A stretch of DNA of 64,000 nucleotides from Planctomycetota bacterium (lineage in GTDB: Bacteria; Planctomycetota; UBA8108; SXIK01), in contig OZ244999.1 of assembly GCA_965223265.1 (NCBI GenBank), positions 7,104,001 to 7,168,000 on the forward strand, read 5' to 3'. The notes under the pieces are model-generated. The model worked only from the letters and a program-made list of their open reading frames with translations. It had not been told where the DNA came from and made no database searches. The position numbers and the translations under genes are program-made. Below, piece by piece: positions 50,581 through 59,406 of the stretch. Each line of letters opens with the position of its first letter. The first letter of the stretch is position 1.

Positions 50581-51999
50581 TTGCGCGTGCACATGGCAAG
50601 TCTCGGTTGCCCAAAGAACCTCGTCGATTCGGAAGTGATCCTGGGCAACCTTGGCTCCGCCGGCCACGTGATTGTTGACGAACCTGAGACGGCCGACGTC
50701 ATTGTCGTCAACACCTGCGGCTTCATCGACCAAGCCAAGGAAGAGTCAATCGACACGATTCTTGCCGCCTGCGGATTGAAAGATGGCCCAGCCGCTGTTC
50801 GCAAAGTGATCGTCACCGGCTGTCTCGGGCAAAGGTACGCCGTCGACATCAAAGAGCAGATTCCAGAAGTCGATGCCATCGTGGGGCTTGGAGAGTACGA
50901 CGACATCGGATCGATCGTCACAGATGTAGTTGCCGCGGATTCGCGCGCATCGACGCTAGCGACAGCTGGCAACCCGTTGATCCGTGTGCAGCCGCAAGAC
51001 CAGGCTTGTCAGCGTGAGGTTGGGCGGTTTCGGTTGACTCCACGCCACTACGCGTACGTGAAGATCTCCGAAGGCTGTGACAACCCGTGCACCTTCTGCT
51101 CGATCCCGTCAATTCGCGGCGGCTTTCGCTCGAAGCCCATCGCCGAAGTCGAGGCAGAAGTACGCGAGTTGGTCGCAACGGGCGCCAGCGAGATCATCCT
51201 CATCGCACAGGACACGACCTCGTACGGCATTGATCTCTACGAGCGGTATGAGCTCGTGCGACTACTCGAGACCGTCGCCGCGATCGATGGCGTTCGGTGG
51301 ATCCGCCTGCTCTACGCCTATCCAGCTTCGCTCACAGATGAAATGATGCGAGCGATTTCAGCGATCCCAAACGTTCTCCCTTACGTCGACATTCCGCTGC
51401 AGCACATCTCTCAGAAGATGCTGCGCCACATGGGTCGACGCCTCATGGAAGAGCAGACCCGCACTCTCCTTCAGAGGCTCCGCGACAGCGTCCCTGGAAT
51501 TTACCTCCGCACGACGTTCATCGTCGGCTTTCCCGGCGAAGACGAAGCGGAATTCGAAACACTCAAAGACTTCGTCCGCGATTTCGAGTTCGAACGGCTT
51601 GGCGTTTTTGCATACTCGCACGAAGAGGGAACGCCATCGGCAGAGTTCGCCGAACAGATTCCAGACGCAGTCAAGAAGCGCCGGTTCGAAGAACTCATGC
51701 TCATCCAGCAGGACATCGCGTTTCGCCATAATACCTCTCGTGTTGGTGGCGAGGTCGAGGTTCTCGTCGACGAGGTGGAAGCTGAGGGGGAAGACCCACC
51801 GAGGCTCGTAGGAAGAACGTTCGGCGAAGCGCCAGAAATCGACCCGGTGGTTTACGTCGACGCTCGTGCTCATCCAGACGCCGCTGCCGCGCTCGGATCA
51901 GCACCTCACTTCGACTTCTCGACGCTCGTTGGCCGATACGTATCGGCTCGCATCGTTTCTTCCGATGGATACGATTTGCACGCAGAAATCGCCCCTTAG
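50581..51999 (+). CDS. rimO: Ribosomal protein S12 methylthiotransferase
   Basis: SLGCPKNLVDSE, NTCGFI, EGCDNPCTFC, RTTFIVGFPGE, APEID. Start uncertain (CTG 50557, TTG 50581 or ATG 50593). Confidence 0.95.
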   Translation: MRVHMASLGCPKNLVDSEVILGNLGSAGHVIVDEPETADVIVVNTCGFIDQAKEESIDTILAACGLKDGPAAVRKVIVTGCLGQRYAVDIKEQIPEVDAIVGLGEYDDIGSIVTDVVAADSRASTLATAGNPLIRVQPQDQACQREVGRFRLTPRHYAYVKISEGCDNPCTFCSIPSIRGGFRSKPIAEVEAEVRELVATGASEIILIAQDTTSYGIDLYERYELVRLLETVAAIDGVRWIRLLYAYPASLTDEMMRAISAIPNVLPYVDIPLQHISQKMLRHMGRRLMEEQTRTLLQRLRDSVPGIYLRTTFIVGFPGEDEAEFETLKDFVRDFEFERLGVFAYSHEEGTPSAEFAEQIPDAVKKRRFEELMLIQQDIAFRHNTSRVGGEVEVLVDEVEAEGEDPPRLVGRTFGEAPEIDPVVYVDARAHPDAAAALGSAPHFDFSTLVGRYVSARIVSSDGYDLHAEIAP

Positions 52000-52017
52000 A
52001 CACGCGCTCGACTGCTC

Positions 52018-52713
52018 ATGACGACGGATTCGAAGACGAACACACCTGAGGAGGCGCCCCTCGACCTAACGACGTCTCCTGCCGAGACAGCACGCCGCGA
52101 GCGAGCTGAGTCGATCTGGAACATCCCGAATCAGCTCACAGTGGCGAGACTGATTCTGTCGGTGATCTTCTTCGTTTTGATGGCGCTCGAAACTCACAAG
52201 TCGTTGCCGTTCGGACGGCAAGCCGCCCTCAACATCGCGTTCGTGCTTTTTGTTTCTGCCGTCCTCACAGATTTCCTCGATGGATTTCTTGCTCGTCGAT
52301 GGAATCTTACGTCAACCTTTGGCCGTATCGCCGATCCATTCGCTGACAAAATCGTCATCGTCGGCGGATTCATCATGCTGACGGCGGTGACGACCCTGAT
52401 CGAACCTTGGTTCGCCGTCGTGATCATGTTTCGGGAGTTTCTCGTATCAGGCCTGAGGAGCTTCTTGGAGTCGAGGGGCGTCGCGTTCGGCGCTGTCGCG
52501 ATCGGCAAGATCAAGATGGTCGTGCAAAGCGTTGCCATCCCCGCGGTGTTGCTCTACGAAGCGAACTTCGCGCCGGGTGCCGGTGAAGAACTCACCGCGA
52601 CCGGAACTTTTTTCTGGTACGTCGCGGTCGCGACGCTCGTTCTCACGCTGGTGCTGACAGTCGTCTCATGCGTGAGTTATCTGCACCGCGCTTATCGGCT
52701 GATTCGCGCGTAG
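52018..52713 (+). CDS. pgsA: CDP-diacylglycerol--glycerol-3-phosphate 3-phosphatidyltransferase
   Basis: NIPNQLT..R, TDFLDG.LAR....STFG...DP.ADK, REF.VSGLR, GK.K. Confidence 0.93.
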   Translation: MTTDSKTNTPEEAPLDLTTSPAETARRERAESIWNIPNQLTVARLILSVIFFVLMALETHKSLPFGRQAALNIAFVLFVSAVLTDFLDGFLARRWNLTSTFGRIADPFADKIVIVGGFIMLTAVTTLIEPWFAVVIMFREFLVSGLRSFLESRGVAFGAVAIGKIKMVVQSVAIPAVLLYEANFAPGAGEELTATGTFFWYVAVATLVLTLVLTVVSCVSYLHRAYRLIRA

Positions 52714-52854
52714 CAGCCTCCGGAGTCGCTTCCGAAAACCCGATCGCTGGGCCACACGGAAGCGCCTGACAACGTTCGAGCAGGGCAGTCTGAAGAAGCG
52801 CATGGGGGTCAATTCGACCACCATCGACGCGCGTGATATGCTTTTTTCAGACCA

Positions 52855-53292
52855 ATGGATACGTCAATCTACGAACTGACCATTCCGCTGGATCTCGCCG
52901 AGCTCGCGGGACTACGGAGCAACGTCCGATCGATCTGCATCGGGCATGGTGTTCCTTCCGTGACGGTGCGCCGCACCGTCATGGCGGTTGACGAGGCGGT
53001 CACGAACATTATCGAACATAGCTCGGAACCGAAGAAAAAACGCATAGCGCTGCGTATCGTATTCACTCAATCGGAAATGACGATCGAGCTCTCCGACGAG
53101 GGATCTCCCTTCGACCCGACCGCTGCATACCACCCCCCATCGATTGCTACATTTCCGCGGCGAGGCTTCGGTCTCTACCTGATCCACATGATCGCCGACG
53201 GCCTCGAATACCGCCGTACTCGTGACGGAAAGAACATCCTCATCATGAGAAAACTTCTCGACCAGCGGAGCTCAAGCGCCACCTCAGCCTGA
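52855..53292 (+). CDS. RsbW/SpoIIAB-like anti-sigma factor kinase
   Basis: AVDEAVTNIIEH (N box), DEG.PFDP (G1), RGFGL.LI (G2). Confidence 0.9.
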   Translation: MDTSIYELTIPLDLAELAGLRSNVRSICIGHGVPSVTVRRTVMAVDEAVTNIIEHSSEPKKKRIALRIVFTQSEMTIELSDEGSPFDPTAAYHPPSIATFPRRGFGLYLIHMIADGLEYRRTRDGKNILIMRKLLDQRSSSATSA

Positions 53293-53311
53293 CGGACGGA
53301 GACAGACCGAG

Positions 53312-53671
53312 ATGCCCACACTGAAAGTTTGCAACGAAGATCAGCGAGACGGAGTCGTGTACTTCGAGCTCGTCGGCCTTCTCGACGCGCACAACTTCGA
53401 ATCCCTCGAGGCCCTGTTCGAGAAGCACTTCGATAACGGCGCGTTTCGCTTCATCGTGGACATCAATCGCGTCGACTATGTCTCGAGTGCAGGCGCCGGC
53501 GTCTTCATCGGTGCCGTTGGCACCTGCCAAGAAAACGAAGGCAATGTGGTCCTGGTGCAACCGAGCCAGGAGGTCAAAGAGACCTTCGAGCTCCTCGGCG
53601 TGTATCAAATCTTCCCCGTCCTACCATCGCGTGAACAAGCTGTCGACTTTTTCGCGAAAGCAGCTCTTTAA
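53312..53671 (+). CDS. STAS anti-anti-sigma factor (RsbV/SpoIIAA-like)
   Basis: G.LDA, VDYVSSAG with the conserved phospho-Ser position, V...FELLG. Confidence 0.92.
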   Translation: MPTLKVCNEDQRDGVVYFELVGLLDAHNFESLEALFEKHFDNGAFRFIVDINRVDYVSSAGAGVFIGAVGTCQENEGNVVLVQPSQEVKETFELLGVYQIFPVLPSREQAVDFFAKAAL

Positions 53672-53750
53672 GGCGGCGCCGAAATCGCGCAGCTCTCAAA
53701 GCGTTTCACGAGCGACGGATGTGCGCCGCGGGTGCGACATATCGGTCCGT

Positions 53751-53779
53751 TTGACGGTGTTTCCGGCCCATCATAGACT
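53751..53779 (+). promoter_or_regulatory. Putative sigma70 promoter of rpoN
   Basis: TTGACG-17 bp-TAGACT. Confidence 0.6.
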
Positions 53780-53962
53780 TCAGTTGAGTGGTCATAACGC
53801 CGGTACAAATGAACTTTCAACGGGAAGAATCGGAAGAACGGTCGGCGGGATTGGGCCCGCAAGTCTCGCGAATTCTCTTGGACGTGTTAACGGCCGATGG
53901 GGTTTCGAGAGACGCGCGGATCAGGGACGTGGGCTTCGTTAGAACTTCCGGAGTGGAGGACA

Positions 53963-55381
53963 ATGAAGCTCGAACTCACGCAGAAACTTCAGCAACAGCA
54001 GATCCTTGCGCCGCAGATGATCCTGTCCATGGACATTCTTCTGCTGGCCTCTCAAGACCTTCAACAACGGATCGAAAAGGAGTTCGCTGAAAACCCAGCC
54101 CTCGAGTTGGTCGAACCACAGCTCAAGGAGCGGAAGTCTGAACTCCCCAGCGCTCCAGTCGATTCCTCGCCCTTCGAGAAGGTCGATCACCTCGCCAAGC
54201 AGTCTGACTCGTCTTTCGACATGTCGTTTCGTCGGCGCAAGAGCAGCAGCGACGACAAGTACGAAGCTCTACAGAATACAGAAGGAAGACCACCCGGGCT
54301 GCGGGACCACTTGACTCAGCAACTTCGCCTCCTGAGCCTAGAGCAAAACATTCAGAGAGTCGCGGTCGAGCTCGTCAACAACATCGACACGCGGGGCTAC
54401 CTGGTGGCGAAGCCAGAGGAACTCTATCACTCGCTGGCACAGTCATGCAGCGGTGAGGAATTTCAGGCCGCGCTGCGTGCTGTCCGCAGTCTGGAACCGG
54501 CAGGCGTCGGCGCAGAAAACCTGCAGCAGTGCCTGCTGCTACAACTGGCACGAGATCAACAGGAGTATCCTCTTGAGACGGAGCTCATCCTCAACCACCT
54601 CGAAGACCTCGGTGAGAATAAGATTCCTAAGGTCGCCAAAGAGCTCAAATCTACGATCGACGACATCCAGGATGCCCTCGAAATCATTCGCTGCTTGGAT
54701 CCGCGCCCCGGGCTGAAGTATGAACCCGCCGCGACCATGTACGTGCGACCCGACGTGATCGTCGAGATCGATGAGAACGGCGAGCTGCTCGTCACCATCG
54801 AGTCGTCGAATCTTCCGCAGTTGAACGTCAGCGAGTCTTGCAAACGACTTCTTAAGGCGAAGGAACAGCCCGACGTCAAGAAGTTCGTCCGCAAGAAGAT
54901 CGAGTCGGCGCAGTGGTTGATCCAGGCGATCCAGCAACGCCAACGAACTCTGCAAGACATTGCCGCGGCGCTCGTCGACTATCAGCGAGAATTCATGACA
55001 AAGGGTCCGGAACACTTGCGTGCGATGAAGATGCAGACGATCGCGGATCTCGTGAACGTCCATATCTCCACCGTCAGTCGAGCCATCAAGGGGAAGTACG
55101 CTCAGACGCCGTGGGGAGTCTACGAGCTACGCTACTTCTTCACAGGTGGCGTCGGCAACTCAGACGGAGAAGTCGAGTCGCGGCGCAACATCTATCGCAA
55201 GATCAGCGAGATCATCGACAACGAGAACAAGTCGCGACCACTGTCGGACTCAGCCATCGCCAAAATCCTCCAGGAGAAGGGATTTAGCATCGCACGTCGA
55301 ACCGTGACGAAGTACCGCGAGCAGGAAAAGATTCCCTCGTCGCGGCTGAGAAAGAAGTACGTGGAAAAGTCTTCGATTTGA
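53963..55381 (+). CDS. rpoN: RNA polymerase sigma-54 factor
   Basis: Q-rich region I (QKLQQQQILAPQM), ENP.LE, HISTVSRA, RpoN box ARRTVTKYRE. GGAGG RBS. Confidence 0.98.
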   Translation: MKLELTQKLQQQQILAPQMILSMDILLLASQDLQQRIEKEFAENPALELVEPQLKERKSELPSAPVDSSPFEKVDHLAKQSDSSFDMSFRRRKSSSDDKYEALQNTEGRPPGLRDHLTQQLRLLSLEQNIQRVAVELVNNIDTRGYLVAKPEELYHSLAQSCSGEEFQAALRAVRSLEPAGVGAENLQQCLLLQLARDQQEYPLETELILNHLEDLGENKIPKVAKELKSTIDDIQDALEIIRCLDPRPGLKYEPAATMYVRPDVIVEIDENGELLVTIESSNLPQLNVSESCKRLLKAKEQPDVKKFVRKKIESAQWLIQAIQQRQRTLQDIAAALVDYQREFMTKGPEHLRAMKMQTIADLVNVHISTVSRAIKGKYAQTPWGVYELRYFFTGGVGNSDGEVESRRNIYRKISEIIDNENKSRPLSDSAIAKILQEKGFSIARRTVTKYREQEKIPSSRLRKKYVEKSSI

Positions 55382-55928
55382 CGAAGTCCGCCTGCGGTGA
55401 TCAAAGCCGAGAATCTTGCCGGCGGAGATCGAAGATCTAGTCACGGAAGCGAGAGATCTGAACAGAAAACAACGGACACACGTTCGAGTTGCCGCGAGGC
55501 GAACTGGCGGCGCGAATGAAGAACGCGCGAACGAGCAAGTGAGAAGCGTCACTCCTCCTTGGTTCCTTTCGTTGCCTCTTGTTCAGACTCTCTGCCTGCT
55601 TCCCAAGAACGCACAAAAAGCGAAGTTCGAAACGACCGGAGGCCCCTCGAAAAGGTGAGAAGAAGAGGGCACGTACGGGTGAGATCCTGGCTGGATGTGG
55701 GTAGGTCGTCTGGTATGTCGAGGGACCTCCGGTATTCGGTCATCGACGCCAGGTGCTAATGAAGCGCCTGGCGTCGGTTCCATTCGCAACCTTCGCGTTT
55801 CCTTTTGACGGCCGAAGACCTGACGAGCCAATGCCACGTTTTTGAGCGTGGCGCTGGAGGCGCAACAAGGTGCATCGCGTCAAGTCACGTTCTCGAGCGA
55901 CAAAGGGGCTGCGCTCTCGCCGATACGA

Positions 55929-57347
55929 TCAAGGAGTGTCGCACTCGAGAGGGTCAATCGTCGGATCCGTCCCACTAGTCGGGTAGGGCGACGGAGGCGG
56001 CGGCGCACCAAGGAACAAGAAGTTCAGTAGGTAGACGGGATCACTGATGTTGACGTCCCCATCGTCGTTTGCGTCGAGCGCGTCGAGACACGCAGCCGTG
56101 GCCTCTCCTAGAAACAGGAAGCCAAGAATGGCAAGGGGATCTGCGATGTCGAGCTGGCCATCTCGAGCGGCGTCACCGCGAAGAAATTTCTTAAGTTCCC
56201 CACTGCCTGGTGGTACGACGCAGACGATTCCGCTCGGCGTCCCGAGTGTCTCGCCGCTGTCGGCGAGCCAGCGGACGACCTCTCCCAAGTCAAGCGCGTC
56301 GCCGTCGCCGTTGGCGTCGAAGGCACGGAAGATCGCGTCTGCCGCGCCGTCGAGGAGAAGAAAACTACCGTCGTCAAGTGGTAGGAAGTCGTTCGTGTCG
56401 GAGACCGGCTCGTCAACCGACGCGTCGACGACCACAGTGACCTCTCCAGCGCCAGAGATTGTCCCGTTGGAATCCACGTCTCGAAATCGCACCAGCAGTC
56501 CGACGTCCTCATCGCAAGCGTAGACCTCGTCTTCAACCACAGCGAGACAGTCGACATCGTTCAGAGCGACCGGTCCGCTGCCGTCGTAGAAGATCGCCAC
56601 CTCTCCGGCGTCGAGAAAATCGCGGTCTCCGTTGAGGTCCGTCAGTTTCCAAATCATGCCGGTGCTGCTGTCGCCGACGACTGCGACTCCATCGTTCAGA
56701 AACGCCAGAGACTCGATGTCAGCGGGTACGGCACTCGACAAGGCCGTGTCGTCGAGGACGATGCTCACTTCACCGACGTCGAGTGCGTCGCCGTCGTTGT
56801 TCGTATCCTCGAGTCGCAGTACGCGCCGCGCACCGCTGCCATCGTCCGTGATGTAAAACGCCCCGTCAGGCCCACGAACCAGCGTGTTGGGAGTAGCGAG
56901 AGCGACGGCACCTTCGTCGCCGCTATAGAACACGGCGTACTCGCCACTTCCTTCGGCGGTACCGTCCCCATCGAGGTCACGCAGAACCAAAACGGCGTCA
57001 AGCGTACCGCCATCGAGCAGATAGAGAGCGCCCGACCCATCCGTCGCTAGGTGCGATGGCGTTGAGAGTGGTGGTCCGGTGGTCACCTCCCCGTAGTAGA
57101 CCGTGATCTCCCCATCAACGCCCGGCTCGATCGTCCCGGAGGCGTCGAGATCCCGAAGCGCGAGCACTCGGTCGTCGCTGGCGTCACAAACAAAGATCGT
57201 GCCGGTCGTGGGGTCCGCCTCAAGGCTCGAACCAACCAGTGCCCACACCGCGAGGAGTGAGCAACGCAACCGACGTCGAGGGCAGCGGCCGAGTCCGGCA
57301 TGCTGCTGGAAGTGGCGAAAGAAAAGGAACAAGAATGGAAAAGGCAT
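55929..57347 (-). CDS. Secreted beta-propeller with DxDxDG Ca-binding loops and C-terminal dockerin-like domain
   Basis: GGAGG RBS and signal-like segment. About 6 repeats of L.D.xGDG.A...GE..VF. C-terminal FLRGD...DIADP...LFLG...DANDDG.VNISDP..LL.FLFLG.PPP.PYP..G.DPT.D.L.C. Confidence 0.82.
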   Translation of the reverse strand: MPFPFLFLFFRHFQQHAGLGRCPRRRLRCSLLAVWALVGSSLEADPTTGTIFVCDASDDRVLALRDLDASGTIEPGVDGEITVYYGEVTTGPPLSTPSHLATDGSGALYLLDGGTLDAVLVLRDLDGDGTAEGSGEYAVFYSGDEGAVALATPNTLVRGPDGAFYITDDGSGARRVLRLEDTNNDGDALDVGEVSIVLDDTALSSAVPADIESLAFLNDGVAVVGDSSTGMIWKLTDLNGDRDFLDAGEVAIFYDGSGPVALNDVDCLAVVEDEVYACDEDVGLLVRFRDVDSNGTISGAGEVTVVVDASVDEPVSDTNDFLPLDDGSFLLLDGAADAIFRAFDANGDGDALDLGEVVRWLADSGETLGTPSGIVCVVPPGSGELKKFLRGDAARDGQLDIADPLAILGFLFLGEATAACLDALDANDDGDVNISDPVYLLNFLFLGAPPPPSPYPTSGTDPTIDPLECDTP

Positions 57348-57605
57348 TGAGTCGAAACCTCCTGTAATAACTGCGTCGGTCTCCGGCGACGCGGAGGTAT
57401 AAGCACGTCGAGTGCCAGAGCGCGTCAGGTTTCGCGATTCGGCGCAAATTCGCCAACACAAAAGACTAGTGACAACGGCTCCGACTCACGGGATGATGCG
57501 GCGAGGTGCGATGTCAAATTCGAACGTCCGTAATCGAACAGTGCGTCGTTTTTGACACAGCGAACCGTGTTTCATCCTTAAATAGCAGCGAAAAGTGCAG
57601 TCGCG

Positions 57606-58355
57606 ATGTCGTCTCCGCGTAAGAGAGTCCGTCTCCACAAGTTCATCGCCAACTGCGGCTACACTTCGAGGCGACGTGCCGAACTCCTCATAGGTGCCGG
57701 CCGCGTTCGCGTCAACGGCCGCGTGGCTACGAACGTCGGCACGACGATCGACCCGGACAAAGACACGGTCGAAGTCAACGGTGAAACCGTCGAGCTACCT
57801 GCTCCGGTGACCATCATGCTCAACAAGCCAGCGGGCATCCTGACTTCCACGCACGACACCCATGATCGGCTCACCGTCATGGATCTGCTGCCGAAGAGTC
57901 TGCGTGAAACGGGGGTGCTGCCCGCCGGGAGGCTTGATCAAGACACGGAAGGACTTCTCGTCCTAACGAACGACGGAGATCTTGGCCACCGCATCACGCA
58001 TCCTCGCTACGAGACAGAAAAAGAGTATGAGGCGGTCGTCGCAGGTCGGCCAAGCACGGCAAAGCTGGATCGCCTCGAGCGCGGAGTGGTCATCGAAGGT
58101 CGCACGACGGCTCCCGCAACGGTCGTCTCCGTCGCGGCAGCAGATCAGGCGGGTGAGCCGCAGACAACCGTCCACTTGATCATTCGCGAAGGCCGCAAGC
58201 GCCAAGTGCGCCTCATGTTCCGCGCGGTCGGACACGACGTTCTCAAGCTGCGCAGGGTCCGCGTCGGCGGCCTCAAGCTCGGAAAGTTGCCGTGCGGCGA
58301 GTGGCGGGAGCTGCGGCCGGCGGAACTCGAGGCGCTACTGGGCAGCCAGGCTTAG
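57606..58355 (+). CDS. rluB: 23S rRNA pseudouridine synthase (RluB/RsuA family)
   Basis: S4 domain (RL.KFIA.CG..SRR.AE.LI), NKP.G, GRLD.DTEGLL.LTNDG, EGRKRQVR.M. Confidence 0.9.
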   Translation: MSSPRKRVRLHKFIANCGYTSRRRAELLIGAGRVRVNGRVATNVGTTIDPDKDTVEVNGETVELPAPVTIMLNKPAGILTSTHDTHDRLTVMDLLPKSLRETGVLPAGRLDQDTEGLLVLTNDGDLGHRITHPRYETEKEYEAVVAGRPSTAKLDRLERGVVIEGRTTAPATVVSVAAADQAGEPQTTVHLIIREGRKRQVRLMFRAVGHDVLKLRRVRVGGLKLGKLPCGEWRELRPAELEALLGSQA

Positions 58356-58360
58356 CTTAA

Positions 58361-58456
58361 CAGCCTGCCTGAAAAAGTGCTTCGAGTCGAAAACTGGTCG
58401 CTTCGCGTCCAGATCGGTCGCGGCGAACGTAGGTAATCTCCGAGCCCTCTTCTATA
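58361..58456. mobile_element. Family-A MITE copy 6, left half (interrupted by the transposon)
   Basis: TTAA|CAGCCTGCCTGAAAAAGTGCTTCGAGTCGAAAACTGG...; nearly identical to the left part of copy 3. Confidence 0.92.
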
Positions 58457-58697
58457 TGCTGAGTCCCACAAACTCTGGCTCGTGAGCAGCGACGAGTCTC
58501 AGATTCACTGACCCGGAAACGCCCCGGCATACCCCGCCGAACCGACCGTCCGATCATACCCCGCCTACCCCGCGCCCCCCGTTCGACGCTGCGCCCTGGA
58601 CCTTCGCTCGACTCCTCGCCTCACCTCGAGTAAAGAGGGGAGCGGAGAGACCGGTGTTGGTGCACTTCTCTCCGCAAGTCCCCGTACGGAGAGAGCG

Positions 58698-59366
58698 ATG
58701 CTACCCCATTTGGTCAACGCGATACAGAGCTATGGCGAAGCTGTTCGCCGCCGTGAGATCCAGCCGACCTGTAACCGCTGCCCGAATTGCAGCGGGGAGC
58801 CAGATCGGTTCCGCTACCGCGGTCACCGAGAGCGCGTGTTCCTCGTTATCGTCAGGCGTCTGGTCGAACCTGTCCTGTCGCTTCTGAGTCGCTGGAAGTG
58901 TCCTCTGTGTAAGCGCTCCTTCACGCTCTACCCGCCCTTCGCGCTGCCGGGGAAACGCTACGTTCGCGACTGCGTTTTCGATCACGCTCGGCGCTACCTC
59001 CAGATCGACGAGCTTTCGTATCGCGAAGCCGTCAAGGTCGAACACATGCCCGTCTTCCACGAGGGTGACGACAGGGGAGCGATCGACGAGCGCAGCCTCG
59101 CGCACTCAACACTTCATCGTTGGCTTTCGTTCTTTCGCTCTCTCAACGCCACGCTCCTGGAGGCTCTCCGCCTCATCCGAGAGCGCTCGGCGAGGTCCGA
59201 CATCTTCCGCAAGGTCTTCGCCGTCCGTCCAGCCAAGTACCGAAGCGAATCACGGCGGGACACTCTCGTCGCGGCACTTCGAGCTCTCTCGATCGACCAG
59301 GTGTTCCGTTCCCTCTTCGGCCGATCGATCTTCCCCGACTTGGCAACCTCCGCAGCCTGGGCGTGA
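58698..59366 (+). CDS. Transposon ORF1: Zn-ribbon + HTH protein (DUF6431-like)
   Basis: CNRCPNC...RWKCPLCKRSFTLYPPF..PGKRY, and SLAHSTLHRWL HTH-like segment. GGAGAG RBS. Confidence 0.8.
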   Translation: MLPHLVNAIQSYGEAVRRREIQPTCNRCPNCSGEPDRFRYRGHRERVFLVIVRRLVEPVLSLLSRWKCPLCKRSFTLYPPFALPGKRYVRDCVFDHARRYLQIDELSYREAVKVEHMPVFHEGDDRGAIDERSLAHSTLHRWLSFFRSLNATLLEALRLIRERSARSDIFRKVFAVRPAKYRSESRRDTLVAALRALSIDQVFRSLFGRSIFPDLATSAAWA

Positions 59367-59406
59367 GCGAGAATCACGCCTCGCTCGCCCCATGCGAGGT
59401 GTGATC

